Notes: a model not told the origin generated them from the letters alone. A stretch of 64,000 nucleotides of DNA from Candidatus Marinacidobacterium sp. (GCA_965204755.1 OZ242011.1:3872001-3936000), one strand, 5' to 3'; shown: positions 39,668-50,900, numbered from the stretch's first letter. Program-made: numbers and translations.

Positions 39668-40992
39668 CCGCGGGGGTAGAGCAGGTGGGGGCGGCGTTCC
39701 TCCAGGAAGCGCCGCACCGCGGGTTCTTCGCGGTCCAGCAGGGCCGCCGGGTCGACGCCCCGCTCGAGGCCGAGCCGGATGCGGTCGGCGCCGAGGAGCA
39801 GGTCGAGCCAGTACCGGTCTCCGCTGCGGCGGAACTCCACCTCCCCGGGGCGGAGGCTCCGGGCGGCGGCGATCACGGTGAGGGCCGCCCGGACCGGGCG
39901 GAAAGCGTCGAGGTCGGTGACTTCGATGGCGAGCCCTTCGAGGCGTTCCCCCGGAAAGCGGGGCCGGGGCGCGGCGGGAAGCGGCCGCGGGGTGAAACGC
40001 GCCGGCGTGATCTCGAGCCCCGGAATGCCGGAAGGGCCGCCGAGCGCGGCGAGCCATCGCCCCGAGTCCATCCCCGGCCCGCCGACCTGCTCGAAGGGGG
40101 ACTCCGTCCCCCGCCCTTCGGAGAGGGAGACGCCCTCGAACAGGCCGAACCCGGCATAGACGACCGCCGTGTGGAGCCGGGGGATGTTGGGAGAAGGCGG
40201 CCTCCAGGGGAGCCCGGTCGAGGCCCAGTCGCCGTCCGCGCGCCAGCCGGCCACCGGGACGACCTCCACCGAGCCGCCGGCGCGGGCCGCGAAGAGCCGG
40301 GCGAGTTCCCCGACGGTCATCCCGTGGAGCAGCGGCAGCCGGTCGGTTCCCACGAACGAGCGGAACTCGAGGTCGAGCATCGGGCCTTCCACCCGGTCCC
40401 CCCGGTTCGGGTTCGGCCGGTCGAGCACCCAGTACTCGAGCCCGGCGGCGAGCGCCGCTTCGAGGGACAGCCGCAGGGTGGAGATGTAGGTGTAGAAGCG
40501 GACGCCGATGTCCTGGATGTCGAAGACCAGGGCGTCCAGTCCGGCGAGGTCCTCCGGCCGCGGGGCGCGGGCCTCGCCGTAGAGGCTGGCGACCGGCAGC
40601 CCGGTCTCCGGATCGGCCTGGTCGGAGACGGCCTCGCCGGCGGCTGCCGAGCCGGCGGGGCCGTGCTCCGGCGCGAACAGCACCCGGACCTCCACGCCGG
40701 CGTCGAGGAGGACGCGCGCCGCCGGCGCCCCTTCGCGGGTCCTGCCGGTGTGGTTCGTGATCAGGCCGACGCGCTTACCGGCGAGTCCGCCCGGGCCCTC
40801 GCGGGCGATCCGGTCCAAGCCGGGGAGGACCGCGTCCGGCCGAAGATCGTCCCCGAGCCCGGAATCGGGCGAGTTGGATTCGCCACCGCCGGCGCAGGCC
40901 GCCGCGGCCAGGAAGAGCCCCGCCGCCGCGAGCCCGGCGCCCGCCGCGCGCGGCGGGGCGAAGGGGGAAACGGGCGAGGGCCGGGGCCTCAG
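39664..40992 (-). CDS. DUF1343 exo-beta-N-acetylmuramidase (NamZ-like) lipoprotein
   Basis: GLITNHTG, FAPEHG, SLYG, FDIQDIGVRFYTY, LDRPNP, PSPN, SEGRGT; start uncertain. Confidence 0.88.
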   Translation of the reverse strand: MRPRPSPVSPFAPPRAAGAGLAAAGLFLAAAACAGGGESNSPDSGLGDDLRPDAVLPGLDRIAREGPGGLAGKRVGLITNHTGRTREGAPAARVLLDAGVEVRVLFAPEHGPAGSAAAGEAVSDQADPETGLPVASLYGEARAPRPEDLAGLDALVFDIQDIGVRFYTYISTLRLSLEAALAAGLEYWVLDRPNPNRGDRVEGPMLDLEFRSFVGTDRLPLLHGMTVGELARLFAARAGGSVEVVPVAGWRADGDWASTGLPWRPPSPNIPRLHTAVVYAGFGLFEGVSLSEGRGTESPFEQVGGPGMDSGRWLAALGGPSGIPGLEITPARFTPRPLPAAPRPRFPGERLEGLAIEVTDLDAFRPVRAALTVIAAARSLRPGEVEFRRSGDRYWLDLLLGADRIRLGLERGVDPAALLDREEPAVRRFLEERRPHLLYPRG

Positions 40993-42053
40993 ACGGGAAC
41001 GACCCAGCCGTAGGGGTCGGGGCTCCGTCCGAGGCGGATGTCGGTGAGGCGGCGCTTCAACTCCGTCTGCACCGGCTGCTCCTCCGGCAGGGTGATGTCC
41101 ACCTCGCCGCCGACGAGACTCGCCACCGGCGTCACCACCGCCGCGGTCCCGACCCCGAAGCACTCGCGCAGCCGGCCGGCCCCGTCCGCCTCGACGATTT
41201 CCTCGATGGAGACGCGCCTCTCCTCGACCTCGATCCCCATCTGCTCCCCGAGCAGGCGGACGGCGCTGTCCCGGGTGATCCCGGCCAGTATCGTGCCGGT
41301 CAGGGCCGGCGTGACCACGCGGTCGCCGATGAGGAACATCATGTTCATCGTGCCGCATTCCTCGACGAACCGGTGCTCGCGGGAGTCGAGCCAGAGCACA
41401 TTGTCACAGCCCGCCGCCCGGGCCTCGGCCATCCCGTAGTAGCCCGCCGAGTAGTTGCCGGCGGCCTTCGCGGCGCCGATCCCCCCTTCGGCGGCGCGGA
41501 TCCACTTCCGGGTCACATAGAGGCGCACCGAACCGGAGTAGTAGGCGCCCACCGGGGCGGTCATCACCAGGAAGTCGTACCCCTCCGAGGGGCGCACGCC
41601 GATCTCGAGGTCGGAAGCGAACTGGAAGGGCCGGATGTAGAGCGAGCCGTGTTCGTTCGGGGGGATCCAGTCCCGGTCGAGCCGCACCAGTTCGCGGATG
41701 CCCTCCACGAACAGGTCCTCGGGGACCGGGGTCATCACCATTCGCTCGGCCGACCGGGTCATCCGGAGCCAGTTGTCGCGGGGCCGGAAGAGCACCGGCG
41801 TCCCGTCGTCGGTCCGGTGGGCCTTCATCCCCTCGAAGATGGCCTGGGCGTAGTGGAGCACCGCGGTCGCCGGGTGGAGCGAGAGGTCGCCGAAGGGGAC
41901 GACCTCCCCCTCGCCCCACTCGCCGCCGCGGGCCCGGGCGCGGAACAGGTGGTCGCTGTAGATGGCCCCGAAGACCATGTTGGCGAAATCCACCTGCGGG
42001 AGCCGGGACTCTTCGACCCGGCGGACGGGAAAGACGGGGGCTCGGACGGTCAT
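40989..42053 (-). CDS. ilvE: Branched-chain amino acid aminotransferase
   Basis: LHYAQAIFEGMKA, YIRPF, AKAAGNY, ECGTMN, ILAGITR. Confidence 0.94.
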   Translation of the reverse strand: MTVRAPVFPVRRVEESRLPQVDFANMVFGAIYSDHLFRARARGGEWGEGEVVPFGDLSLHPATAVLHYAQAIFEGMKAHRTDDGTPVLFRPRDNWLRMTRSAERMVMTPVPEDLFVEGIRELVRLDRDWIPPNEHGSLYIRPFQFASDLEIGVRPSEGYDFLVMTAPVGAYYSGSVRLYVTRKWIRAAEGGIGAAKAAGNYSAGYYGMAEARAAGCDNVLWLDSREHRFVEECGTMNMMFLIGDRVVTPALTGTILAGITRDSAVRLLGEQMGIEVEERRVSIEEIVEADGAGRLRECFGVGTAAVVTPVASLVGGEVDITLPEEQPVQTELKRRLTDIRLGRSPDPYGWVVPV

Positions 42054-43393
42054 CGCTCGGGAGGTCGGGTCCCGCCCGGTCGTTCGGCGGGCGGCCCGGA
42101 AATGCTATCCCCGCGGCGGAGGAAGAGAACCGCCGCCCAGGAAGCGGCGCCCACGGCCGCCAGCGGCCACAGCAGCCAGCCCCAACCCGGCGGGGCGCCG
42201 CCGGCGAGGATCCATTCCCGGTGGAGGTCGGAGACCCGCGGCGGGACCAGGTGCCACGCCGCGTGGCCGGCGGCGACGGAGAGGACCGCGTTCACCGCGA
42301 ACCGGCCCCGGTCGCTCCCGCCGAGCAGGTGGAGCAGGGGCAGGACGGCGAGCACCACGGCCGCCTGTCCCGCCTCCACTCCCAGGTTGAAGGAAAAGAG
42401 CGCCGCCGGGAGGTGCCCGCCGGCGAACACCAGCGATTCCCCGAGGGCGAACGCGAACCCGAAGCCGTGGAACAGGCCGAACCCGAAGGCGAGCGCGGCC
42501 CGGCGGCGAACCCCGGTGGAGACCAGGTTCTCCGCCGCGGTGTAGAGGATGGAAAGCGCGACCATCGCCTCCACCAGCGGCGGGAACCAGGCCGACGAAG
42601 GGGAGTAACCGAGCGCGGCGGAGACGAGCGTGATCGAGTGCGCGACGGTGAACCCGGTCACGATCAGGAGGAGCGGCCGCAGGTGGGCGAGCCGCCCGTA
42701 GGGGGCGATCAGGGCCAGGAGGAACAGCAGGTGGTCCCAGCCGGTGAGGATGTGCTCCACCCCGGAGCGGAAGAAGACCCGGGCCGCCTGCATCCGCGAG
42801 GGGTCGAGGGGCACCCGCCCTTCCCGGCCGCTGATGTGGAAGAGGTCGCCCTCGAATTCCCCGGTCTCCGGGTCGCGCTCCTCGAACACCACATCGAGCG
42901 CCACCCGGTCGCCGAAGCCCGGCGCCACGCCGCACTCGATGGCCACGCTGCCGGCGGCGGGCGCGGGATAGGTGAGGTGGAGGTCGAGGTAGCCCTGGTT
43001 CCAGAACACCTGGGTGTCCGCCGGGAGCGGGGGCGAGCGGATCGTCTCCAGGGCGGCGTCGAGCGAGGTGAACGACCGGTCCCACGGCAAGGCCACCCGA
43101 ACCGCCCGGAGCGTGGGCGGCAGCAGCGCATCGTCGGCGTCGAAGAGCGGCGCCTCCCGGGCGAAGGCTTCCCCGGCCTCCCGGAGCACCGGCGCGGCGC
43201 GTTCCAGGTCGAGGTAGCCGGCGCCCCACTTGGGGACATTCAGCGACAGGAGCAGCAGGAGCGGCACCCGCGCGGCCAGGTGGATCTCGCCGTCCATCTC
43301 CCGGACGAACACCGGGATCCGGACCTCGTCGGGGATGTCGTGCCCGCCGGCCGCTCCGGGGAGAACGGCGGCCAGGACCGAGAGGGCCAGCAC
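42050..43393 (-). CDS. HupE/UreJ-like membrane protein with periplasmic N-terminal domain
   Basis: HD after signal peptide, GVEHILTGWDHLLFL, FTVAHSITL, FGLFHGFGF, FNLGVEAGQ; start uncertain. Confidence 0.85.
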   Translation of the reverse strand: MLALSVLAAVLPGAAGGHDIPDEVRIPVFVREMDGEIHLAARVPLLLLLSLNVPKWGAGYLDLERAAPVLREAGEAFAREAPLFDADDALLPPTLRAVRVALPWDRSFTSLDAALETIRSPPLPADTQVFWNQGYLDLHLTYPAPAAGSVAIECGVAPGFGDRVALDVVFEERDPETGEFEGDLFHISGREGRVPLDPSRMQAARVFFRSGVEHILTGWDHLLFLLALIAPYGRLAHLRPLLLIVTGFTVAHSITLVSAALGYSPSSAWFPPLVEAMVALSILYTAAENLVSTGVRRRAALAFGFGLFHGFGFAFALGESLVFAGGHLPAALFSFNLGVEAGQAAVVLAVLPLLHLLGGSDRGRFAVNAVLSVAAGHAAWHLVPPRVSDLHREWILAGGAPPGWGWLLWPLAAVGAASWAAVLFLRRGDSISGPPAERPGGTRPPER

Positions 43394-43520
43394 CGACGCG
43401 CCGGCCCGGCGCTTCGCCGGCCGGGAGCGGTCGGCGGCGCGGCGGCGGGGCTCATCCCCCGGGCCATCCGTTCCGCCCGGCGGCCGGGCCGGGCCCCCGC
43501 CGGAGCCCGGCCCCCCGGTA

Positions 43521-44771
43521 TCAGTGCTGGTGCGCGGGGCTGCCGTGGTCGTGTCCGTCGTGCATGTGGCCCTCGTGGCCGGCGCCGACTTCGCCCGGAT
43601 GGTCCGCCGGGCCGTGGTCACCCATGAGGAACTTCTGGGCGCGCCTTCCCTGGCTCACTTCCGCGGTGTAGAGGTTGCCGTAGGAGTCCATGGCCAAGTT
43701 GTGCACCCAGTGGAACTGTCCCGCGTTCCGCCCCCTTCGCCCGAAGTGGTGCAGCACCGACATCGCTTCCCGGTCGATGATCTGGATCCGCTGGTTCGTC
43801 CCGTCGGCGTTGTAGAGGCGCGACTGCGCCTCGTCGCGGGAGAGTTCGAGGTCCCAGGTGGAGCCGTTCCCGAGGGTGTTGCCTTCGACGATCAACTCGT
43901 CCACGAACCCGCCTTCCTTGGTGAACCACTGGATCCGGTTGTTCACCCGGTCGGCCACATAGACCATGCCGTCCTCGGCGATCCGCACCGCGTGCACCGG
44001 CGTGCGGAACTGGGAGATCGGGTCTTCCCCGGGCATGAAGGCGCCGGTGTCCTCGTCGGAGGGCTCGTTCCCGTAAGCGCCCCAGTGCCGGATGTATTCC
44101 CCGGTCTCCGCGTCGAAGACGGCGATCCGCTTGTTCAGGTAGCCGTCCGCGATGTAGAGGTGGTTCGTCTCCGGGTCCACTTCCATGTCCGCCGGCTGCC
44201 CCAGGAACTCGGTGCTGTTGCTTCCCTCGGTGCGCCCGGCCTCTCCGATCTGCATCAGGAAAGTGCCGTCCATCGAGAACTTGAGCACCTGGTGGTCGTC
44301 CGGGCCGTTCCCGGCGATCCAGACATTGTCCAGGTGGTCCACGAAGATGCCGTGCTCGCTCTCCGGCCACTCGTACCCCTCGCCCTGGTAACCGTTCGCG
44401 TCGCCCCAACTGTCGAGCAGGTGGCCCTCGGTGTCGAACTTGAGCACCGGCGGGGCCGGGTTGCAGCAGACGGAGACGGGCGGATCCTGCGCCAGCCCGG
44501 TTTCGTCCGGGTTCAGGCTCCGCGGGCGGTGGATGAGCCAGATGTAGTCGTGGGAGTCCACGGCGATCCCGGCGACTTCGCCGATCAGCCAGTCGTCGGG
44601 AATCTGCGGCCAGCGGGGGTCCGCCACCGGGTCTTCGCCGGGGCCGGGGCCGGCGTGGGCGTCCCCGTCCGCCATCTCGGAACGCGGCGGCTGGCACCCG
44701 GCGAGGGCCAGGAGCAGCGCGGCGAGTCCGGCGAGCGCGAGCCCGAACGAACGCGGTCTGAGATCGGTCAT
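43521..44771 (-). CDS. NHL-repeat beta-propeller lipoprotein (peptidyl-amidoglycolate lyase-like) with His-rich tail
   Basis: Lipobox LAG|C, YIADGYLNKRI, YVADRVNNRIQ, C-terminal GHEGHMHDGHDHGSPAHQH. Confidence 0.8.
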   Translation of the reverse strand: MTDLRPRSFGLALAGLAALLLALAGCQPPRSEMADGDAHAGPGPGEDPVADPRWPQIPDDWLIGEVAGIAVDSHDYIWLIHRPRSLNPDETGLAQDPPVSVCCNPAPPVLKFDTEGHLLDSWGDANGYQGEGYEWPESEHGIFVDHLDNVWIAGNGPDDHQVLKFSMDGTFLMQIGEAGRTEGSNSTEFLGQPADMEVDPETNHLYIADGYLNKRIAVFDAETGEYIRHWGAYGNEPSDEDTGAFMPGEDPISQFRTPVHAVRIAEDGMVYVADRVNNRIQWFTKEGGFVDELIVEGNTLGNGSTWDLELSRDEAQSRLYNADGTNQRIQIIDREAMSVLHHFGRRGRNAGQFHWVHNLAMDSYGNLYTAEVSQGRRAQKFLMGDHGPADHPGEVGAGHEGHMHDGHDHGSPAHQH

Positions 44772-44859
44772 GGTCTCCTCCTGGGGCCCCGGTCGGGGGG
44801 CCGGCGTTCCGCCCGCGGCGGGCGGGGAATTCGCGGAGTGTACGGGATTCGGGCGGGGT

Positions 44860-47800
44860 TCAGCGGGGCGCCGGGGCCGCGTCCGGCTCGAGGGCGCGGA
44901 CGACCGCGTCGTGGAACGCCGGGCGGAGCCGGGTGATGCCCGCGTTGTCCCGGGTGGGATGCACCCGGTTCGTCAGGAGGACGGCGAAGAGTTCGCGCTC
45001 CGGGTCGATCCAGAGCGAAGTGCCGGTGAATCCGGTGTGGCCGAACGAGGCGGCGGAGAACAGGTCCCCCGCCGACGAAGAACCGCCGCCGGCCGGTCGG
45101 GAGGGCGTGTCCCAGCCGAGCGCGCGGCTGCTCCCCGGCGCCCGCTCGGCCCGGCGGGTGAAACGGGCGATGGTTTCCGCGCGGAGGAGCCGCTCGCCGT
45201 TCATGGCGCCCCCGTTCAGGAGCATCTGCGCGAAGACGCCGAGGTCCTGCGCCGTTCCGAACAGTCCGGCATGGGCCGCGACTTCGCCGAGGACGACGGT
45301 GTTCTCGTCGTGGACCTGCCCCCGGACCACGCGTCCGCGCCAGGGGTTGTCCTCGGTGGGGGCGATCCGGTCGAGCGTTTCCGGGGCCGGGCGGTATCCG
45401 GTGTCCCCCATGCCGAGCGGCCCCGCGATCCGGGATTCGAACAGGGCGTCGAGGCGTTCGCCGGAGACGCGCTCGAGGATCTCGCCCAGCAGCAGGATGC
45501 CGTTGTCCGAGTACACCGTGTCCGTTCGGGGTTCGTAGTCCGAAGCGGCGCCGAGGATCCGTTCGAAGACGCGCCGCCGGGCCTCCGCCTCCGGGAGCCC
45601 CCGCGCCTCGGGGTCGAATTCCAGGTAGAACTGGATCCAGGCGGGAAGCCCGGAACTGTGGGCCAACAGGTCCGCGACCTCGACCGTTCGGCGGCGTTCG
45701 CGCTCTTCCGCGGACGGGGCGCGGTCGAGGAATTCCGGGAGGTAGGCGCTCACCGGGAAGGAGAGGTCGAGCCGCCCCTCCTCGACGAGAAGCATCGCCA
45801 GCGTGGTCGTCCCCACGACCTTGGTGAGGGACGCCAGGTCATAGACGGTCTCCCCGGTCGCCGGCGGGGAGTCGGGGTCGTAGGTGAAGCGGCCGAACCC
45901 CTCGCGCAGGACGACGCCGCCGCGGCGGGCGACGAGGACGCTGGCGCCGGGGGTGACGCCGTCGGCGATGGCCTCCCGAACGACGGAGCGGATGCTTTCG
46001 ATGCCCTCTCGGCTCATGCCGACCTCCTCCGGTTCCACCGGGGCCAGGGACTGACGGCGCGCCGTTCGGGGATTGCCCGCGCCGACCGCTTCGCCGGCGA
46101 GCGGAATCGGGAGCCGTCCGTCGAACGGCGCCTCCCCGAAGAGCGCCGCCGCCGCGGCGGCCTGGCTCTCGCGCCCGCCGTCCCAGGCGAGCGCCACCGC
46201 GGCCTCCGGCGGGAGGTCTTCCACGCCGTGGGGGTTGCCGAAGGAGACCGCCGCCAGTTTCTCCGCGAACGGGACGAGCGTGTCGCGGAGTTCCACCGGG
46301 AGGCGGAGACCGTCCCGGCGGAAGTCCGCGAGCACCACCAGGTCCGCCCCGGAGGCGCCGTCGCGGAACCGGGCGAGCGGGAGCGCGCCGTGACGCGCCG
46401 CCGGGAGGCGTCCGGCGAGGGCGCCCCGGCGGCGGAGTTCTTCCCGGAAATGGCGCCGATCGGGCTCGTAGGGGCCCTCGCGGTGGAGTTCCACCAGGAA
46501 GAGCGACGGGGTCTCGGTCCGCCCCTCCCCGGTGATCCGGGTGGAGAGGGGCAAGAAGCCGCCCTCGTCCCGCAGGAGGGTCAGCCCCCGGCGGAACCGG
46601 CTCTCCGCGAACTCCCGCGCCGCCGGGGCGCCGAACGCCGCGGCGAGGCGCTCCGGCGGGGCGCGGTCGCGGAAGAGCCCGAGTTCCACCTTCGCGGCGA
46701 GCACGCGGAGGACGGCGCGGTCGAGCGCCTCGACCGGTAGCCGGCCGCTCTCCGCGGCGCGGACCAGGGACTGGTGGGTGACCACCGGATCCTCCGGGGC
46801 GAGCAACAGGTCCACCCCGGCGGCGACGGCGAGGACGGCTACTTCCCCGTCGAACCTCCCGGCCCGGACGCCTTCCATTTCGAGGGCGTCGCTCACCACC
46901 AGCCCCCGGAACCCGAGTTCCCCGCGGAGGACGCCCTCCAGGATCTCCGGCGAGAGGGAGGCCGGCCGGTCGCGGCGGCCGTCGAGCGCCGGCGCCGCCA
47001 GGTGTCCCGGCATGACCGCGGCGATTCCCGCGGAGGCGGACTGCCGGAAGGGGAACAGGTCCACCTCGTCGAGGCGTTCCCGGTCGGCCGGGACGAGCGC
47101 CAGCCGGTGGTGGCTGTCCGTCTCGGTGCCGCCGTGCCCGGGAAAGTGCTTGGCCGTGGCGAGGGCGCCGCCGGCGGCGATGCCGCGGGCGAACGCTCCG
47201 CCGAGGAGGGCCACGATCTCCGGGTCCGCGCCGAAGGAGCGGGTCCCGATGACCCGGCTCTCTGAACTGGTGAGGACATCGAGTACCGGGGCGAGCACCA
47301 GGTGGACGCCGACCGCCCGCGCCTCGCGGCCCACGATCTCCCCCTGGCGGAAGAGGGCTTCCGGGTCGGGCGCGGCGCCGGCCTGCATGGCCGGCGGGAA
47401 GCGGACGCCGCCGGCGGTCCGCATCGCGCTGCCCCACTCGTAGTCGGCAGCCACCAGGACCGGGAGCGGGGAGGCGCCCTGGAGGGCGGAGGAGAGGTTT
47501 CGAGTGGCCTCCGGGGTACCCGCGAACACCACCGCCCCGCCGATGCGCCCCGCCTCGGCGAGCGCGAGCAGTTGGCGGAGGGTCGGATCGGCCTCGTTCA
47601 GGAAGACCGCCGGCGCCCGCGGGAGGATGATCTGCCCGGCCTTCTCCGCGAGGTCGAGGCCGGAGAGGACTTCCTCGGCGGCCCGGCGGGCAGCCTCGTC
47701 GGTCTGTCGCGCCGGCGTCGTCCCCGTCCCCCGGCGGGTCGCCGCCCCTTCCGCGAGAACGGGCCCCGGGAGCAGGACCAACGGCAGGAGCGCTTTCGCG

Positions 47801-47931
47801 AGCGCGCCGGCCCAGCCCCTCCCGAACCCTCCGCCCCGGCGGGACTCCGCCCGGAAGGACGCCGCCTCCGCTCGCCGGACCGCCACCGTGGCGCCGGATG
47901 GTAGCCGGGAAGGGGCGCGGCCGACCGACAT
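44860..47931 (-). CDS. GH3 beta-N-acetylglucosaminidase fused to a beta-lactamase-family serine hydrolase
   Basis: ADYEWG, APVLD, RSFG, KHFPGHG, SDALEM; then DLASLTK (SxxK), YSD, GHTGFTG, LLTNRVHP. Confidence 0.9.
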   Translation of the reverse strand: MSVGRAPSRLPSGATVAVRRAEAASFRAESRRGGGFGRGWAGALAKALLPLVLLPGPVLAEGAATRRGTGTTPARQTDEAARRAAEEVLSGLDLAEKAGQIILPRAPAVFLNEADPTLRQLLALAEAGRIGGAVVFAGTPEATRNLSSALQGASPLPVLVAADYEWGSAMRTAGGVRFPPAMQAGAAPDPEALFRQGEIVGREARAVGVHLVLAPVLDVLTSSESRVIGTRSFGADPEIVALLGGAFARGIAAGGALATAKHFPGHGGTETDSHHRLALVPADRERLDEVDLFPFRQSASAGIAAVMPGHLAAPALDGRRDRPASLSPEILEGVLRGELGFRGLVVSDALEMEGVRAGRFDGEVAVLAVAAGVDLLLAPEDPVVTHQSLVRAAESGRLPVEALDRAVLRVLAAKVELGLFRDRAPPERLAAAFGAPAAREFAESRFRRGLTLLRDEGGFLPLSTRITGEGRTETPSLFLVELHREGPYEPDRRHFREELRRRGALAGRLPAARHGALPLARFRDGASGADLVVLADFRRDGLRLPVELRDTLVPFAEKLAAVSFGNPHGVEDLPPEAAVALAWDGGRESQAAAAAALFGEAPFDGRLPIPLAGEAVGAGNPRTARRQSLAPVEPEEVGMSREGIESIRSVVREAIADGVTPGASVLVARRGGVVLREGFGRFTYDPDSPPATGETVYDLASLTKVVGTTTLAMLLVEEGRLDLSFPVSAYLPEFLDRAPSAEERERRRTVEVADLLAHSSGLPAWIQFYLEFDPEARGLPEAEARRRVFERILGAASDYEPRTDTVYSDNGILLLGEILERVSGERLDALFESRIAGPLGMGDTGYRPAPETLDRIAPTEDNPWRGRVVRGQVHDENTVVLGEVAAHAGLFGTAQDLGVFAQMLLNGGAMNGERLLRAETIARFTRRAERAPGSSRALGWDTPSRPAGGGSSSAGDLFSAASFGHTGFTGTSLWIDPERELFAVLLTNRVHPTRDNAGITRLRPAFHDAVVRALEPDAAPAPR

Positions 47932-47991
47932 CGCAGGTCGTGGCCGGGGGCGACCGAATTCGTCCACCGGCCTCCCTATCATCCGCCGCTC

Positions 47992-50900
47992 ATGACGAAA
48001 GCAGACGCCGAGCCCGCCAGCGAGCCGACGCGGGCCGGCGCCCCGATCGAGATCCGCCGGTTCGAGGACTGGGCGGACATCCGGCGGTTCGCGCGGACCG
48101 AAGCCGCGCAGGCTTCGGCAGACCGGAAGGCGTGCCTGGTCGCGCCCTCGGAGGGCGCCGTTCGGGTCCTCGAGAACCTCCTGCGCTCGGCGCTCGACCC
48201 CGGGGAAAGCGACGCGGCCGTTCTTCCCGAGGTCGTCACCGCCTCGCGAGCGCTCGCCGACCTCGCCGGGGACCTGCCCGAAGGGCGCGCCGCGGCGAGC
48301 CGGCTGGCCCGCGAAACCGTGCTGGAGGAAGCCCTCGCGGCCGAAGCCGAGGCGCCCGACGCCCCGCCGGGAGAGGCCGGGCCGCTCACCGAGCCGCTGC
48401 TCGCGTTCCTCGACGAGCAGGCGGCGGACGGCGCGGCGGCCTCCGGGAAGATGGACGAGACGGCGTTCGAGGCATTCTGCGACCGGATCGGCGCGGAGTT
48501 CGGCGAAGCGGCGGAGACCGACGAAGGCGCCGCGCGGCTCGCGTCGCTCGCGAAGTGGCTCCGACGGGTGCACCGCCGGTATCGAGGAGGACTCGGTGAT
48601 CTCCTCGACCCGGACGGTCTTCGCCGGGCGTTGCTCCGCGCCGCGCTCACCGGAGGCTTCCGGCAGCGGCGCTGGGCGCGAGTGGCGGCGTTCGGCGAGG
48701 ACGCCCTGTCCCCGGCGGACTGCGAGGTGTTCGCCGCCCTGGGCGCTCCCGAAGGAGTCGCGTGGGCCCTGCCGGCCGCCGCGCCCCTGCCGCCCCTCCC
48801 GGCCGGCGTCGAGTTCCGCGAAGTCGCGCCGCGGCGGGAAGTCGGCGGCGCCGCCCTTTCCGGCGCCGAAGGCGGGAAGCGGAGCAGGCCGCCCGCCGCA
48901 GGGCAGCACGAGAACCCGGAAGCCGCGAAACCGGAGGGGCGGTCCGGCGCCCCCCCGAGCCTGTTCGCCGCGCCTCCCGAAGACCCGGTCCCGGAGGCTC
49001 GCCCGCCGGCGGCAGACCCCCTTTCCGTGTTCGTTCCCCCACCGGGCGCCGACGGGAGTCGGGGTCGCGGTGAGACCGGGGGGATGCGGCCGTTCGTGGA
49101 GACGGACCGGGACGACGAAGCGAGGCTCGCGGCGCGCCTGTTCGCGGCCTTCCGCGACGGGACCCCGGGGAACTTCCGCGGATTCGACCGCTGCGCCGTG
49201 GTCATGCAGCAGCCGGCGTCGTATCTCGGGGCCGTCGAGACCGCGTTCTCCCGGGCGGGGATTCCGTTCCGCACGCCGGAGCGTCCCCCGCTGACCGCGG
49301 AACCGGGCGCCGCCGGGCTCGGGGCGCTGCTCGACTTCGCGGAGAAACCGGAGTTCCTGCCCCACGGGCTGACGCTGCTGCGGGACCCCTTCCTCCGGGC
49401 GGAGGGACTCTCCCGCCCTCCGGCGCGGGCCGCCGACCTGGCGGAGCGGGCGCTCGCCCGGTGGAATGTCCGGGCGACCCTCCGGGGCGACGGCGACCCG
49501 GCCGCCGGGATGCGGCCCCTGGCCGTCCGCTTCCGGGAAGCCGCCGCGCGGTTCGGGAGCCGGGCGGAGGCGGATTCCGGGAACGGGATTTCCGCCCGAA
49601 AACGACAGGAAGCCCGCGAGGACGCCGCCGCGGCGGAGGTCCTCGAGGTCTTCTCCCGGTGGAGCGAGGACCTGGCGGCCTTCCGCTCGCGGGAAGCCGG
49701 GCTCGAATCGGCCGCGGCCGCGCTCCTCGACTTCGACCGCGCCCATTTCCGGCGCGGCCGGCGCGCGTTCGGTCCCGGAGGTCCGGAGGAGTCGGGCGCC
49801 GTGTCCGATGCCGTGACCGATGCCGTGTCGGGCGCGCTCGAACAGGCCCGCGACGCGGCCGCCGGCATCCGGACGGGGGAGGACCCCGGCGGAGTCGCCG
49901 CGCGCCTGAGGCGGTTGTTCCTCCGCCGCCGCGCGCCGCGCCGGGCCCCGGACGCCGGCGTCCACCTCCTCTCCGCCGCCGACGCCGTCTTCGGCGACTA
50001 CGACTTCGTCGTCCTGCTCGGCCTGGGAGACGCCGACTGGCCCGGCCCCCGGCCGACGAACATCTTCTTCCCCCCCTCGGCGCTCGAGGCCGCGACCCGG
50101 GCGCGGCACGCCGACCGCCGCCGGGCGGAAGTCCGCCTGCTCAAGACCCTGGCGGCACTGCCGGCGCAGGCCTTCGCCTTCTCCCGCCCCGCCCAGGAGG
50201 ACGGGTTCCCGGCGGGCCGCTCCGCGCTGGAAGTGGAACTCACGGAGGAACTCGAGCGGATCGGCGCGCGGCCTCTTCCCCTGCCCGCCTCCGCGGCGAC
50301 GGACGCCGACCCGGCGCCGGTCGGCCGCGGGCCCCGGCCGGCCGACCCGGCGCCGCCCCTGCCCCGGTTCCTCGACCGGCGCGCGCCGTCCGCCCGGGTG
50401 CTGGAGCGACCGCTCTCGCCGACGGCGCTCGACCGCTACGCGGAGAGCCCCGCGGAGTTCTTCGCCCGCAATGTCCTGTACCTGGACGAGGAACCGGAAC
50501 TCTCCGACATCGCCCCGCCGACCGAGCGGGGTCTCCTGCTCCACGAAGTCCTGGAGCGGGGCGTCCCCCGCCTGCCTCCCCTCGGCGGACGGACCCCGAC
50601 CGGGGAGGATCTCGACCGCGCGCTGGACATCCTCGGGGACTGCCTGTCGGAGGCGGCCCGGGAGATGGGGCTCGACGAGACGGCGCGGCAGACCGAGGCG
50701 ATGTGGCTCTTCGGGAACGAAGCGGAACCGGGGGCGCTCGAGTGGTTCCTCCTGGAGGACTGGGGACGCGGCCCCGCCGAGCCTCGGGACTTCGAACTGC
50801 GCCTCAAGGGCGAAGTGGAGCCGGGGACGGCCTCCGCGCCCCCGCTCGTCGTCAGCGGCCGGGCCGACCGGGTGGACACCCTCGCCGACGGACGACTCCG

